Made by a program: the position numbers and the translations under genes
From: Octopus sinensis
Taxonomy: Eukaryota
NCBI RefSeq assembly: GCF_006345805.1
Contig: NC_043004.1
Location: 18,848,001-18,912,000, forward strand
DNA length: 64,000 nt
Direction of reading: 5' to 3'
Part shown: positions 22,643 to 37,509 of the stretch, piece by piece
Layout: every line of letters starts with the position of its first letter
Position numbering within the stretch: position 1 is the first letter of the stretch
Notes under the pieces: model-generated
What the model saw: only the letters and a program-made list of their open reading frames with translations
The model's database searches: none
Told to the model about the DNA's origin: nothing

Positions 22643-24259
22643 TATGTATATATTTATTTATTTATCTATTTATTTATACGCATACACACACATGCAAACA
22701 CGCACGACACACATACATGCATGTGAATTTTATGACTGGAAGCTAAACATTTTCCAATGTTTATTCATTCTTATGTATATAAACTCTGAAATGACAGTGA
22801 TGCACACACAACATTCGATAGAAAATATGATTTACTTGAAACAATATACAAATCATCAATGTCTATTCAATACATAATTTCACTTTTGCGATGATTTTAT
22901 TGCAGGTTGTCATTATCAAACTTTGTAAATATCATTAATCATATATTTTATAATACTATGTAAGTGTTCATTCACACTTTCACACATTTCACACACTGAT
23001 TTATGTATTAAATTTCTTTATCCCTTGCAGTAATTTTCACAGTTTACACATTTATTTCCAAAAATTCACTTTTAATATACAAAATATACGATGCAGGCTT
23101 GGCCTTCTAATTTAATTCCTACATAATGAGAGCATGATCGAACAAATCAGCAGTAACGAGATTGATGTTTAGTATCTTGTAACAACTCAAATGCAGCAAA
23201 TAATAGCGGATATAATAATCTTCAGAATGGCAGAAAAGCACATCGCATAATCTCCTTCGTTAAGATAACTTCAAACAACAACTCTTGTAACCTTATATGA
23301 AAGTGAATCCTAATTAAAGCTCCGACCAATTTGACACAACCCTACGGAGATATATCTTAAAATAATGGATGCTTGGATAATTTATAGAAACATGTCCAAA
23401 TCTATATGCTGAGTGTTCTAATCAATTGGGTTGAAGGAATCTCACTGAAGATTAAGTTCGGTGGTGCATATTCATCTCACCAATTTATTCGTTACATTTA
23501 TAGTATGAATATATTTCAAAATAAACTTACACTAAACAACTAAGATATAACCTTATTAATTAACTGTTAGGAAACCTCTTGCATAGGCGATTTCTTGATT
23601 CATCAAGTTTCTTATGTTTTCTTATGTATGTAATGTGATATAGACAAATGCATATATTCTTGGAAATTAATTTCCAACTAGTGCCAAAGGACATAACATC
23701 CCAATTATTGTACTAATAGAATCGTTACAAATTCGTACAAAATGCATCGGCATTTCTTTCAGGTCTTCATATTCTGGGTTCAAATGTTGCAGAGGTCAGA
23801 GTCAAAGACTTTATATTACAATGTATAACGGTCTCTAGAACGTATTCAAACAAAGATAACTTTCAAAATGTTCGAGTTTATTCATTCATAATTTACAAGA
23901 GAAAAGTCAGAATTTATATGTATTTTCAAATTATTTCCTATCAGACAAATAGCGACAAAGATTAGACAGCTAACAAAGACTCCATCCTCTCCACGTCGAC
24001 GACGACGACCACCGCCACCACTACCACAAACGTAAACAACGACAATAGCAGGATCATCAACAACAACACAAACGCTGTTGTCACCGCTATCACCGACATT
24101 AACGCTAACATCATTAAATAAAGCAATACCATAGCTTTCAACGCAAGTGTTTATTGAAAAACAGGTCTTAAATATAGAACCATCAAAGCACTGTGCTCGC
24201 TTTGCAGACTTGTTTTGTGATGGAGAAGGTTTCGAGCCGGAGTCTGAGACGGGAAATTA

Positions 24260-25000
24260 ATAGTCGATGATCCTTCCGCGTTTGGAAGGCTGCGGGTCAC
24301 AAGTATGTCGCTCTCGCCACAGGATCTAGTGAGGGCATGGTTCAGGATGTGCCAACGCTTGATCTCCGATGCTTCCACTTGGACTTGTGCCGGTTGGGAA
24401 GACTGAAGAGGATGTCAGTAAACAACAGCTCATTCTCAGCTTATAAGCCACGGGGAAACAGTTCATTCGAGTTGCAATTTCCTACATCCTGCCTTCACAA
24501 ATATCATTTGCTCATCTGTCTCTATCGTTGAAATCTCCCAAGTCTAGGAATTTGCCACTTCTTGGCCCAACCTGGCTGGCCCTGTTGAATCCTTAATCTC
24601 ATCACAAGAATCAAGGGTAGGGGCGTAAGCTGAGATCAATGTAACGTAACTGTTATTGAGAAGGGGAAGGCAGAGGGACATGAGCCATTCACTACTAGAA
24701 GTGTCAGTCAGACTGTAGCTGTTCACTAAAGAAGTCTTCACTGTGAAACGAAAACCATGCATGATTTGCTTTGTAAGATTTTTGCCATTCCAGAAAAACA
24801 GGTGTAATTCGTTCCTCCTTCACACAGACTGCCCTCACTTGCGAGGCTTGTTTCGGCTGGGCTGTGATGTTCACATCGTAACGATTCAATTCCTAGCTCA
24901 CCGGACCGGTGCAGCTCTGGGGTGTATCCGTGTCATCCGGAAGTGTGCGCACGTTCCAAGATCCCACAGTAAGGGAGATTTTCTCTTGTTCTTCTCACTT
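24260..25000 (-). mobile_element. RTE-clade (BovB-like) LINE remnant with a large internal deletion
   Basis: AP endonuclease N-terminus GSWNVRTL...ELNRYDVNI..; LMSLCLPL...VTLISAYAPTL, joined directly to 3'-end-like sequence. Confidence 0.75.
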
Positions 25001-25697
25001 GGTTTTCTCGCTGTAGTGGTTTCTTTTGCTTTTTTTCTCTCTTGGTTTTCTCGCTGTAGTGGTTCACCAATGTAACGGCAAGCTAATTAGGGAAAAATGT
25101 GATGTCCGATATATAGCCCAAATTTTCTAGGAGCTTTTTGTACGGGGTGGGTTGAGGATGGACAGAATGCACCAGCCTAGTCGCATGCTACAGCTGTCGA
25201 CATCTACGAAACCACACTTCGTGGGTAGGTCGATCATCACGTCAGGAAACAAACTTAGTTGTTAGAGGCTATTTGAGGTGCACGCATTATGAGAATATTT
25301 TCTCAGTAATGGGAACTTATCCCGTCTATAACAACCTTGGAACCATGATGTAATAATAGCCAAAATTAACCAAAAATGTCGATGAACCTGCAGGGGCAAG
25401 TCCATTTCATGCAACAGTATCGTGGAGCTAGACGAATTTCTAGACGCCCGATTTGGTCGACATATGTAGGTGAACAAGAAAGGGAATTTTAGCCAGAAAT
25501 TGGCTGCGAATATTCGACGTTGGCGTTCTGTTGAAGTTTAATGTCAGACAAAGGCTACAGCATTCTCGTCGAATGTTATATCTTTATGGATAAACGATTA
25601 CACAGCAAAAGTGTAATAGCAATATAATCGAAGCAAACGGCAGTAACCACACGGAACGTAACAGGAATCTTTAAGAATCAACAATCTAACACGCTAA

Positions 25698-25713
25698 CTC
25701 TCTCTCTCTCTGC

Positions 25714-25796
<83 letters not shown>
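25698..25796. repeat. Compound (CT)n(AT)n microsatellite
   Basis: Read directly from the sequence. Confidence 0.95.
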
Positions 25797-25800
<4 letters not shown>

Positions 25801-28800
25801 GTTTGGAAGCGGCGAAGACAAAAACTTTTCCCGTTGGCTAAGGCTTCGTCAACTTTTATACAAGCTTGATCTGAAAAGGAGAATGAGGGTGGAGAAGAAA
25901 GTTGTTAGGTGGATAAGAGTGGCAATCATGATCTAAGAGAACGGGCCTGTTCTGAGAATGCTTCTGTAGACTGAATTTGGACAGCTGGAAGAAAGCTGTT
26001 GCTTCAGTGTACGAGATATCTGCGGGTTTCTCCAAGGAGCCATCATAATTTTTTCTTTTTGTTTTTGCCATTTTTGTTGCATACTCACTTTAATTATAAT
26101 CTTACGTCCTGAATCATTCTTTTGAGGCCTTGTGATAAATAAATAAGTCATCAGCTTCGTCGACTTCGTCATCATCATTAACATCATCATCCACGTTATT
26201 ATTGCGGTTGTTATTCATGCCGTGTCTTTATCAAACCATTTCACATTTCTTATGCATCCTTGCGTATTATGTGTATTATTTCAAAATCAAACCAACAACA
26301 AGTGGAAGCGAACAACAGTAATGTAGGTATCTCATAGATTTTATTATTTTCAACTTCCATTTCAAGCATCAATAATAATTTCCAACAGAAGCTGGTGTCA
26401 GTGGAATACCCCTCTGTTCCATCTATTAGGAAATATATTTTCAGAACCTACATTCACCGAATAGATTTTTCTTTAAAGAAATGTAACGTTTTATAAGTGA
26501 TAATTAACATGAAAATTAATATTAGTTACAAAGAAAGTAGATTTGATGGAGTTTATGCAATTAAGAAAATTAGAGTTCGTGCTAAACATATTCCAACGAA
26601 CAATTGAAACACAATATTCATATTTATTTTGGTTAAATGCAAGACCTTACATTTGTAGATAGGCCTGAAGAAATATTGAAACTTCCTTACTTTCGTTCCT
26701 AAGGTTACTATAAGTACATATGGAGTCAACTGTCTTCAACAGTAAATCAAAATACTCTACAGTCTCGTCCAACGTGGAATTAACGACATATCACGTAATG
26801 GCTTCGTTGGATGAGCAGAAACTCTTCCGGCTGAGTGGATGATTCTGTTATGTTCATGTTGTTCTGAAGATTATTGGCGGCAGAAGTGAAATGAATTGTA
26901 TTCAACTGCGAATAAAATTCGACTTGCCAAATCATTGAAAACATTGACTTATTATAGAACAATCGCAACTTTTTCAATATTATCCAATGATCGACACCGT
27001 CTATCGTCAGTGTGCCAAACCTAAACTTCGGGAATTATTAGTGAAACAAATATTATTTCTGACAGCTCCTTTAACTCTTGCCTTTACAGTTTTCTGAGTG
27101 ATGAGCTTTAACAAAGCTCACTAAACTAGACGGAAGCTATTTTTACCGTGTGGGATTTAGCATATGATTTAGTAGAACCCATTAACGAATTATTGCAGAC
27201 AAAACTAATAAATATTTGTCAAATGTTTTTATCTTTTTCCACATCATTGATTTTGTTTGTAAAATGAAACAGAAAATATATTAGAGAATAAAAGAAAGTA
27301 ACACTCCATAGGAGATAATATTTGTAGATATTTCTGATTCAAAGTAACCTTAGTTTCCTAGTTTATTATTTGCACGGCAGAAACATATAATCATTAAAGA
27401 GTTGATGTTTATTTTATGTTTTGATGTCATATATTATTTATGTATTATGTTCCGTACAATAAACTTGCATACTTTAGTGTGTGATTACACAAGAGTAGAT
27501 ATCATCACCTGACCAACTGAGCGTGGAAAGTGGTTTGATTTCCGATTGTAGATAACTCACTGCACTTAGATCACTACTTCGTTTGGGATTGGCATATACG
27601 TCAAAACAACAAATATACCTTCATTTGAAGCAAATGGGATGGTTTAACTGTTGGTGGAATCATCAGATGATATAAAAATTGTTGTTTATCACATCACTCT
27701 CCATAGGGTGCGATAGAACATAGTTAAGTTCCAGGTTCGGTGACTTAATACTAAACGTTACGCATAAAGTTTTCAAATCTGCATAAAGATGAAATTTCAG
27801 TTTTATCTCTACAGCAGGGTGATGACAAAATTCTTTTATTCTCCACAGCATTCGCTATTTTCCTCACATTAGCTGCTTCATTTCTTCTCCTCATATTACT
27901 ATATTCTTACACTCCTATTTTCCTCGCAACTCTTGCTGTTTCCGTCTTTTTTCAGCCCTATCTCGGTCTGCTGTATGTCTGGCTGCCTGCATGTATCTTT
28001 CATATATACACATACTATCATAACTTGGCTTCTTGAACGAAGAGGCTGTCCTCGTCGACTGCAGGTCCGCTTGGGGCTGATGTAGCTAATACAAGCTGGC
28101 AGGCCTCAATACAGCTTCTGCAAAACATATTTTGTTCTGGGTTCGGTATTAGTGTATCATGGACTTCACACAATGTTTTTTCGTTCTCACAATTAGCCCT
28201 GTGTGTCCATTGGCGACAGGGAAACACATTGGTGACTGGCCTTGCGAGTGGAAGCTATATTAAACCACTGAGTTTGCCGATGTAAGAAGAATCGCAAGGT
28301 TACGTCACACCCTCTTTTTACCTTTTCTTTGGTGTTCCTCTGTTACCGAGGGACGAGAGTTTGCCAGATTGCGCAGTAATTAGCAAACATGAGCTCCATC
28401 GTTTCACTTTCCCGGACAGGAAATCACTTTGTCAGAGCGTACAGGACTATCACTTGTCCGACGTACTAATGGTTCTGTCAGCTCGCCGCCTTAAGTTACC
28501 TTATTTATTAACAAGATTCAGATATCCCTTAAGTATAAAAAAATGAAGTCTTTGAGAAACCAGTTTTTATTTTCTGGATAATTATCTCTCATTTTCACTA
28601 AGTGTCGTTAACAATTGCCGCTGAATTCTGATTTCTTTCTCTAACTAAAATACAAATTTCAATTAATAGAGAATATGTTTTAAGTACGTCTGTTATTATA
28701 TCTCTTCCGATTTGATTTATCTATATTCATACAGTTGGCCGCATTGAGTAACTCGTCATTATATGTTAAAATTATACACATATAAATATCATCACACAAA

Positions 28801-31800
28801 TATGCATATACACACTTGACTGATACTTTCGCTCGTTTATTTCTATAATTACTTTCAATTTAGTAGAAAATAGTACGTAAAGGTCTAATTAAGCAATTAA
28901 TCATTTCTTTCTATACAACTCTTCCACGTATTCATTGGCAGAGTTCACAAACTACTAATGCATTTCCGCTGATTTAAGTTAATTAGTTTTGCAATCGGAA
29001 TCATACCTAACGGTAAGATTAGTTTACTTCAAGACAAATGTGTAAATTAATTTATCACATAAACCAATTGCATTCTGCAAGCTGACCATTGAGCAGACTA
29101 CTTAATAATCCGTCAAACTAGAAAGACACAAGTTTATTACAGTACCACCGTTTCAAAACTGACCAATGTAGACAAGCATGTTCTCTTCTATGAAACTACG
29201 GTTTCTCTTGACTATCCTAACACGGAATGAGAACGATTGGTTTATTGCAGTGTCCTGAGTGTTGTTTTTCTATGGAGTTGGGTCCCTAGGATTTGTTTTT
29301 ATCAAATAGCGTATATTCAAATCGCAAATATTATTCTCACTATGAGCCCAACGTGAACACAGAACAAGAAATTAATGAAATACTGATTAATTACATAACA
29401 CGTGAAGTCGAATGTTTATTTATTTCTCTTCTAGTTGCTGTAAAGAATTGTATTGAATCTTATGTGTTTTTATCGTGGGTATTATGCTGTCATGGAGATA
29501 CAAGCAGTAGTTTCATTGTCTGTGGACCTGAATCTTTTACAAAGCTATTTATGGAACCTAGTATATTGAGTCTTGATGTATGGAAAAATAATACAACCAT
29601 CACGTGATTTATTCTGGGAAAATATAGAAAAAATTAATTATTGCATCACTTGCATCCATTTCCATTCTTTATTGTGCCAACTAATCTAAAGTCCTTCTGA
29701 TAAAATATTATGCAAAAATTGAGCATAGACCAAACGAGAATGGAAATGAAATTCTATTCCAAGTGAAAATGGGCACTTCAGTTTTGTTCAGGAATATATG
29801 AATGACTCATTTCTGTTCTTCCTATATATTTTTTACTTTCGAAAGAAATCAACATTTTGTAAATGATTTATATAAGTGATGTGGATCAAGAAATAAGCTC
29901 TCGACATATTGTCTACGATATGCTTTTTATTCCAATTTACAGGTATTTCGCTTATCTCTGATGATATACCTTAAAAAAGCTTAAATGTCACAATATCTCT
30001 AGAGAAATAACACGCAAAGCTCTCTAAATTTACCGCCATCTGAAATAATGGAGATAATTTTCCAAACTGCTTTTACTGTATTGAAAGGAAGTCAACCATA
30101 TGTAGCAATGGCTTCAGAAAAGTAATAAATATAAAAATCAGGAATAAATGATAAAATATTATTCCATAGGTGTTTCAGTTAATGCCTTTTTGATGTGTCT
30201 ATTATGAAAACGAAAGTTAGTCCCCAAAGGCGTAATATAATAAATATAATAAATAAAACTATGGAATAAAATAATCCTATGGAACTATTTTCTGACAGTT
30301 ATAATCTCATTTATTTAGACAAAGCGAAAACAAATAATGAATTGTCCCATAGCACACTACTTACTATGACATGTCTCGAATAAAATAGATAAGCAATCAA
30401 TATTTGTAGTTGTTGTTTCAATGGTTATTGAACAGGTGCTTTGATCACAAGGTGATGAAAGCAAATAAAACATTCCATGTGGAATGATAAGTTTATAAAG
30501 GAAGATTAAAACGAATTCGTTTTACTAAAATATAGTTGGGTCTTCCTAACTAAGCATAACAAATGGGCTCTTTTAAATGTCATATATGCACAGAGCAATT
30601 AAAGCATACATAATGAGAAAAGTATTTACATGTAAAATAGTACACAATAAAGAGAGATGTGTTTGTAAAAATAATGAAGTTGTAAAATAAATTCTTTACA
30701 ATAGTTTATCACATCGGTGACTATTAATGTGCATTATTCCATAAGGATATACTTTCTTTTAGCCCTAAAGCGAGATTATTTTACTGTGATGACACATTCA
30801 TTCTTAATAAATTACAGTGGATTCAAACGTGATTATGCTATTCGCTGTCGAGTTTCGTCACTGGAGAACAACTTCACGTTTCAGAGAAATGTATGCACAT
30901 TTCTTGAGTGCAAGGAAACTTTAGGACATCGTTTCGACATCACTGTCTGCCCAATTAAAACGACTTCACGCTGAAGAATCTAACAAGAATGTGTGGCTCT
31001 TGTTAATATCGTCAGCCAAGAAATTACTTACAAATACACATGTTGATATCTGCCTACCGATTGTGTGCACTGTGAATAGCGATAATCAAAACGATGAATT
31101 ACATAATTATTCTTAATACTTTGCAGTAGATTCGAACTTGAATATGTCAATCTCTCTTGACTTTTATCATTGAAGAACAACTTCTTTTAGACGAATGTAT
31201 TTCATGAGGCACATTTTAATTCTAATATTTTTGAAAATTATTGGAAATATGATATATCATTATGACTTTGACATTCATTATCTAGACAATTACTATGTAA
31301 ATATCTTCTGTGAATAGTTTTGTAAATCGCCTTCAGTATATTGCTATAATAAACTGTTGTCACCAGATAGTGAGATGCCACACAATGACTGATGGATTTA
31401 GAACGCAATTAGAGAGAAACAGAAATAAAGTAGATGATGCAGATAGTTAGGAACAATACAAAAATACAGAAAATGATATTGGAGTAATTAAGCTGATTTT
31501 CTGTATATATATTCGCCATCAATATATGTATAATTATCACTGATCTATTATCATGTTTGTGTGAACAGATAAGGATTAGGTTACATATATGGTCATATGA
31601 TTTGAAGTTCAACAGATTATATAAATTACTTTAATACTATAGGATAATTGAATAATTGATTGAAACAAAGCAAAGAAATGACAGCGTGAACATTTCTACT
31701 CAATTAATAGAACAGCTAGAAGTTTAATGCTGTCCTTACGTCAGTACATGTGCGCGGTTATAGAGATCACGTTGACTATTGATGGTTTCTGTTCACATCT

Positions 31801-31888
31801 CACTTCAATCTACGGTAGCCTCAGCTGTAAAGTGTATTGTGTGTGATATTTATTGTCGATTGAGAATATTCTGAGACATGCGCACGCC

Positions 31889-31921
<33 letters not shown>

Positions 31922-31999
31922 TACACACATGCACACAAGTTGAAACACATACACATACCAAAACATATTATTTGTTTCGGGCAATGGGCTGTAACTATG

Positions 32000-33770
32000 C
32001 CATTTTATTTATTCAAAAGGCGGTGTTTCAGCATAACTACAGTCCACTGTTCCATGGCAGTATTGTCATGCCAAGGATTCCTGGAAATTCTCCAAAAATC
32101 CTCTGAAACAGACCAGCCAGGTAATTCTCGTCCACGTCCAAAACGAGAGCGTTTCACACTCGCTCGCCACTAACCCAATATAGAACGCCAGAGTGGAGCT
32201 TTCACCGACAGCATGGCCCCAGCAATAGAGGACTGTGAGTGCCTGAAGACACACTAGGTGGCAAGCACCCTGCCTCGGTCTACGCTTCCTCTAGGACTGC
32301 TGTTCAGTCAAGGAGAAGAGCTTCGGAGACCGAGTCTGACAAATGGTGGCCATCCCTGCTCACTGTCAAGGAAGCGCTGTGGATGTAGCCTCGGCACATG
32401 TCTTGCTTATCAGAAACCACAGTATGTCCACTCCTCCATTCAGCTGCAAATGAAGCTCCTGTCCCGTCCTTTCCGTAGAAAGCGGAAGAGTATGCGCTCC
32501 AGTTTGGTCAGATGTAAACTGGGGCAAGATACGACGGCCAGGCGGAAATATATAACGGATGCATTTGCCACCTCTGAGTGAGCTTTCGGACATTGCTTTC
32601 TTTCGGTTCATTTCTGTGTGAGATTGACTAGTCTGCTCGTTACTTAGTATCAATTCTACGCCCGGAGATTCGCACAAACCAGAGCCCGAGCAATTTAACC
32701 GGTCTCTCTGTTCAGCGTCCCACGACGGTTGCGGTGGATATCTGCTAAGAGACTGCCAAATAATTCGGGTATATAGCGGCTTTCGTTCCCTCGTTTCTTA
32801 GAATACACACGTTAGCTCTGACAGTGGATACTTCGAGCTTAGCATTGAAGAATAGGTCCCTGGCCAATATTGCCGAGAGGAGGTCAGTTGCGATGCCTTT
32901 CCTAAGTGTCTCTTCTAAGCTTCAAAATTTCCCTGTATTCTTGATGCCTTACTAATGCCTAATAGAATATCCTTATGGCAAACCCTCATTTATTGTTGAC
33001 GATTAACCTCGTTATCGCCCGCTTAACTAATTCTCTAGTCCGGTCTCCGTACGGTGGGAATGACGCGATCAGCTTCAGCTACCGGATCTCTACCTACAAA
33101 ACTATCTAGGTTGACTGTGCAGATCACAAATTTGTAGTTTGTATAGATGACATCTTATGCTATCATTATCTACTGGCCTGTTGAATACTCTATCTAGATA
33201 CGACCTAGATGACTAGATGCAGATCGTCCATGTCATATTCGGGAAAAACAGTCGGTACCTTTTAGATAGTCTGAGCAGGTTTGTGAGGCATTTGCAACCT
33301 TCACTTCTAGCAGCCAGGCCCTTACAATCTAAGCAAACCTCAAAGATATCGTTCTAGTCACCCATTAGCACGAAAAGTCGGGACGTTCCCAGGAAATCCT
33401 CCCTACGTCTGAAGATATCCGATTGCTCTGCTTCTGTCGGAGCATAAACAGCCACCAGAATGAAAGAACCTCTGTCGCTACTGTTCACATTCGGAACAAC
33501 CAACTTAACTTCTGTGTCCAGGAAGATGACACTTATCATGAGACATAGAAGTTTCCAGAGCAACACTGAAGTTCCACTCCCCGTTTCCAGCTGAAGTGGG
33601 GACGAGTAAATCTCGTACCCACGGAAAGGGCGAACGAAAGCTTGTCGATTGGAGAGTCTGGTTTCAGTGATACTCACCTCATCTAAACTTAGTGACCTAA
33701 GGTCATTGAATAGTGGCCCTGTTTCCAAGGTGACCCCAGGCTACACGTATTAATACTACCTATTCTGTGA
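32000..33770 (-). mobile_element. L1/Tx1-like LINE ORF2 remnant (AP endonuclease and downstream region)
   Basis: ORF 33354-33728 reads VSITETRL...FILVAVYAPT...FVLMGD. GC-richer decayed coding-like sequence continues to ~32000; that boundary is approximate. Confidence 0.7.
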
Positions 33771-33899
33771 AAAGCCATGTTTGTCAGATAATAGGAGATT
33801 GGAGTCTATCACCTTATTTACGTGGATGCACAGATGTTCTATCTTAGCTATTTGTGGGTGTCTCCACAAGCATTTCCTTGTAGAAACTTTTGGTCCCAC

Positions 33900-34740
33900 A
33901 GAAAGCTCCCATTCCTTTGAGATATTTCGATTTCAATTTGTTGTTGGTTGGTTACATTGTTTTCATAATTGTTTTACGTGTATATGACTGTTATGTCGGG
34001 GTGCGATATATTAATTTAGAATAATGCTTGTTTTGTTAAGTTCTTGATGTATATGCTTATGGCTGAGTATGATGGCTTGGGAGTGTTCATGTTGTTCAGG
34101 ATTGCTATGTGTTTTGGCTTGTTGGGGTATTTGTGATGTTGCTGATGTTTGTAATGTTATAGATATTCGTAACTGTGTTGCTCTTCAGTTTGTGGGTGTG
34201 TGATTCTGTATCTCCTCCTCTAATCACTTTAATTTTAGTCTTGTGGTGAACTTTTCATTTTGTAATTTGTTTCTTTATTCCTTTTAAGAGGATCCATTCT
34301 GGTGGTTTTCCCAGACTTTTCCTCACTAGCATTTGTCGATTTGGTCCCGCACTGTTCGCTCCAGTCTCCTAAATTTTCTTGAAATACATTTGTAGATGAT
34401 AGTTTTTTTTCTAGTATCTTCTTGTATTTCTTTTGGCGTGTCTAGAAATATTATTTCGCCCTTCTAATTTTAAGTTCGCTTTGGTGTCACTTAGCATTTT
34501 TTTCTGACACGTCAACTTTCTCGAGTCGACGACACGCTTGTACAAAACATTTCCCATTTTGTTTAGAAAGAAGAACGACCGCTGTTTCCATTGCATTAAT
34601 GTTTTGTGTTAGTGGTGGTGGAGGTGGTGGAGGTCGTGTTTGTGTCATAGTTTTATCCTGCTTGTCACTACGGCAGCATCTTCTGTTGCTTGTTGTTTGT
34701 GACTTGTCTCTCAACCATTTCAGTGGTGGGAAAATCATGT
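33900..34740 (-). mobile_element. Possible decayed N-terminal region of another Dong-like element
   Basis: Composition and a degenerate IK(W).EEE motif resemble 13800-14400. Weak evidence. Confidence 0.3.
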
Positions 34741-34960
34741 CATAATGACTTTTCCATCAGGCATCACTTTCCTCGATATTGGAAGCCCTATTGTTTTATT
34801 TTGTGTTGAAAATATGAAATTCTGAATTTCCGACACACCAACTCGCCGTATGCAAAGCGAGCTGGCTTATTTAGTAAACAGTCCAATAAAAATTCGGAAA
34901 CCAACGAAATTCAAAGTATATTTACGAGCCACGAACAAGCATCACCTCTTTCTAAATACA

Positions 34961-35028
<68 letters not shown>

Positions 35029-35700
35029 GTGGAGTATAAATTAAGACATGACAGAGTTGGCCAATATCTCCACTGGCTAATAAGTCGGCATTACAATATC
35101 AAAACTGCCGACAAGTGGTATAATCACCACCCTGAGGCTGTAACTGAAGGAGAAAATGTAACCATTCTGTGGGACTTTCCAGTACATACAGACCGAACCA
35201 TCAAGGCCAATAAACCAGATATTGTTGTGAAAGACCAAAACAATAAAGTTTGCTTATTGATCGACATGAGCATCCCCTGTGATCATAATATCTCAGCGAA
35301 AGAGTTTGACAAGCTCAGAAAATATAAAGACCTACTCATTGAAATTGAGAAAATGTGGCATCTCAAGGCGGTTACAATACCAGTAATCGTAGGAGCACTA
35401 GGAATGATCAAGAAGGGAACCGAAAAATATATGAGAATGATCCCTGGCTAACCATCCCTGCAAGAAGTGCAAAAGATTGTCTTAACTGGTACATCACACG
35501 TATTGAGAAGAGCTTTGTCGATGTGAGAACTGTTGCTGCTCATGTATTTTAATTTAACTTAAAAAAATAAAAAATAAAAAAAATGAACGAACTACTGAGT
35601 TTGGTTTAATGGCCTACCAATGTATACTATGAGTTTCTTTGCCCTAGGAGTCGGGAAGACACTCGGCAAGAAATGGAAGCAAATTTGAAAGAAGAAAAAA
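35029..35700 (+). mobile_element. Dong/R4 family B, 5'-truncated
   Basis: EYKLRHDRVGQYLHW...ILWDFPVHTDRTIKANKPDIVVKD...LIDMSIP...VLRRALSM*. (TAA)n on both sides. Confidence 0.92.
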
Positions 35701-35708
35701 AAATAGTA

Positions 35709-35784
<76 letters not shown>

Positions 35785-35790
35785 TAATAA

Positions 35791-35862
35791 TGCTTTCTAA
35801 TCTATGTATCAATACCAATATAGAGCTGCGCACAGTAGTGTAGTGAAAGAACGTGATAAAAA
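35791..35862 (+). mobile_element. Possible extreme 3' stub of Dong family C between TAA tracts
   Basis: GTAGTGAAAGAACGTGATAAAA resembles the Dong-C 3' tail at ~9395-9420 (reverse complement GCAGTGAAGGCATGTGATAAAAA). Confidence 0.45.
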
Positions 35863-35915
<53 letters not shown>

Positions 35916-35918
<3 letters not shown>

Positions 35919-36959
35919 GCTAGGCGCATGAAAACCCGTGCCAAAACTGCGGCCTTAGATATTCTGAATAATAAATGGCAAGAAAAACCTCTCTATGGCA
36001 AATACCCAAAGAGAGCGAATAATGCAGATATCGACAAAGCCCTGACCCATCAATGGCTAATGGCCTCTGGCTTAAAATCTGAAACAGAGGGGTTTATCAT
36101 AGCAGCTCAAGATCAATGCCTACCAACAAGAAACTACCAGGCCAACATATTAAAGATCAGAAGCAGTCCAACGTGTCGTGTATGCAAGCAACAAAATGAA
36201 ACCATTGACCATGTGGTCTCCAAGTGCAGTCTTCTAGCGCCTACAGAGTATCTCAACAGGCACGATAGAGCTGCACAATATATTCACTGGGTAATCTGTA
36301 AAAACCTGGATTTGCCCCATGAAAAAAAGTGGTGGGAACACAAACCACCCCCAGTGCTTGAAAATGACCACATCTCACTCCTCTGGAACTTCACCATTCA
36401 AACTGACAGGAAGATAGATGCAAATAGGCCAGACATCATATTGAAAGACTTCAAACAAAGAACATGCCTCCTCATTGATATGACTGTCCCAATCGATATA
36501 AACGTATCTGTCAGGACCTACCAAAAACTGAGCAAATATAAAGATCTTGAAATAGAAATCAGCAAAATGTGGAAGCTGAAGACTAAAACAATACCTGTTG
36601 TCATAGGTGCCCTGGGAATGATAGCAAAAGGGGCTGATAGCTACCTAACTCAGATACCAGCAAACCCAAAAATGGCAGAAGTTCAAAAGATAGTGCTCAT
36701 GGGAACTGCTCATATCCTACGCAAAATACTCTCTATGTAACCTCAAGGTTTAAAACAACCATAATTTTCGGTTTAAAAAAAAAAAAAAAAAAAAAAACTT
36801 TTTTTTTTTTAGACATTCATTAGTACAACATCCCCACCCCCCAAATATATGGCACACTAGGCATAACAACAACATGAACTTCCAACCCTGTTGTCTCTTG
36901 AGGTCTCTGGGTGAGACTTGGAGCCAACTTGTACAAATATAAAGCAAAAGTCAAACATA

Positions 36960-36960
<1 letters not shown>
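35916..36960 (+). mobile_element. Dong/R4 family A, 5'-truncated, with an intact zinc-finger/endonuclease frame to 36740
   Basis: By eye about 14 amino-acid differences over ~274 aa versus the 15857 copy. Same 3' UTR; (AAT)n flanks. Confidence 0.95.
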
Positions 36961-37003
<43 letters not shown>

Positions 37004-37509
37004 CTAATCATAACGAACACGATGATGTGCTTGAACGAACTCCCTGGGAGGAAAGATTAACTCTTTTATTACTGTCAAGTTGGTTTTAAGAAAAGGTAAA
37101 AAAAAAAATGGAAGAAAACTATTCTTTAATGTCAATCATCTCAGGAAATCGAACGAATTTTCTGAAAATTGTAAACAACACGCGAAGTAACGATATCAAA
37201 TCTATGGGTTGCCGCAGCAATATATATGCGTGAAAATGTAAACAACACGAGAGGCTGCGATAACTATTTATAACGGAATTGTGAACGAAATTTTGAATAT
37301 TAGAACCAATCATATATGCATTTGCACATATGCGCATTACTATTTGACGCTTATAAATCAGCCAATAAAATATTTGTGTTCAAGCAATTCACACATAAAC
37401 ACATAATAGCCTCCATATCTACAACACAAAACTAACAAGCATCGATCAAGTTTCGTTCTTTAGTTTCTTTTTAAACAGCAGAAAGAGATATCTGTGCTCA
37501 TTGATAAAG

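Noticed and set aside
26660-26692. CUGAAGA-AAUAUU-GAAAC hammerhead-like string
   Set aside because: No foldable stem II or stem I; expected by chance in AT-rich DNA.
28018-28227. PHD-finger-like ORF (C..QWTH..C...FC..C)
   Set aside because: Incomplete ligand spacing and no splice or transposon context; too weak to call.
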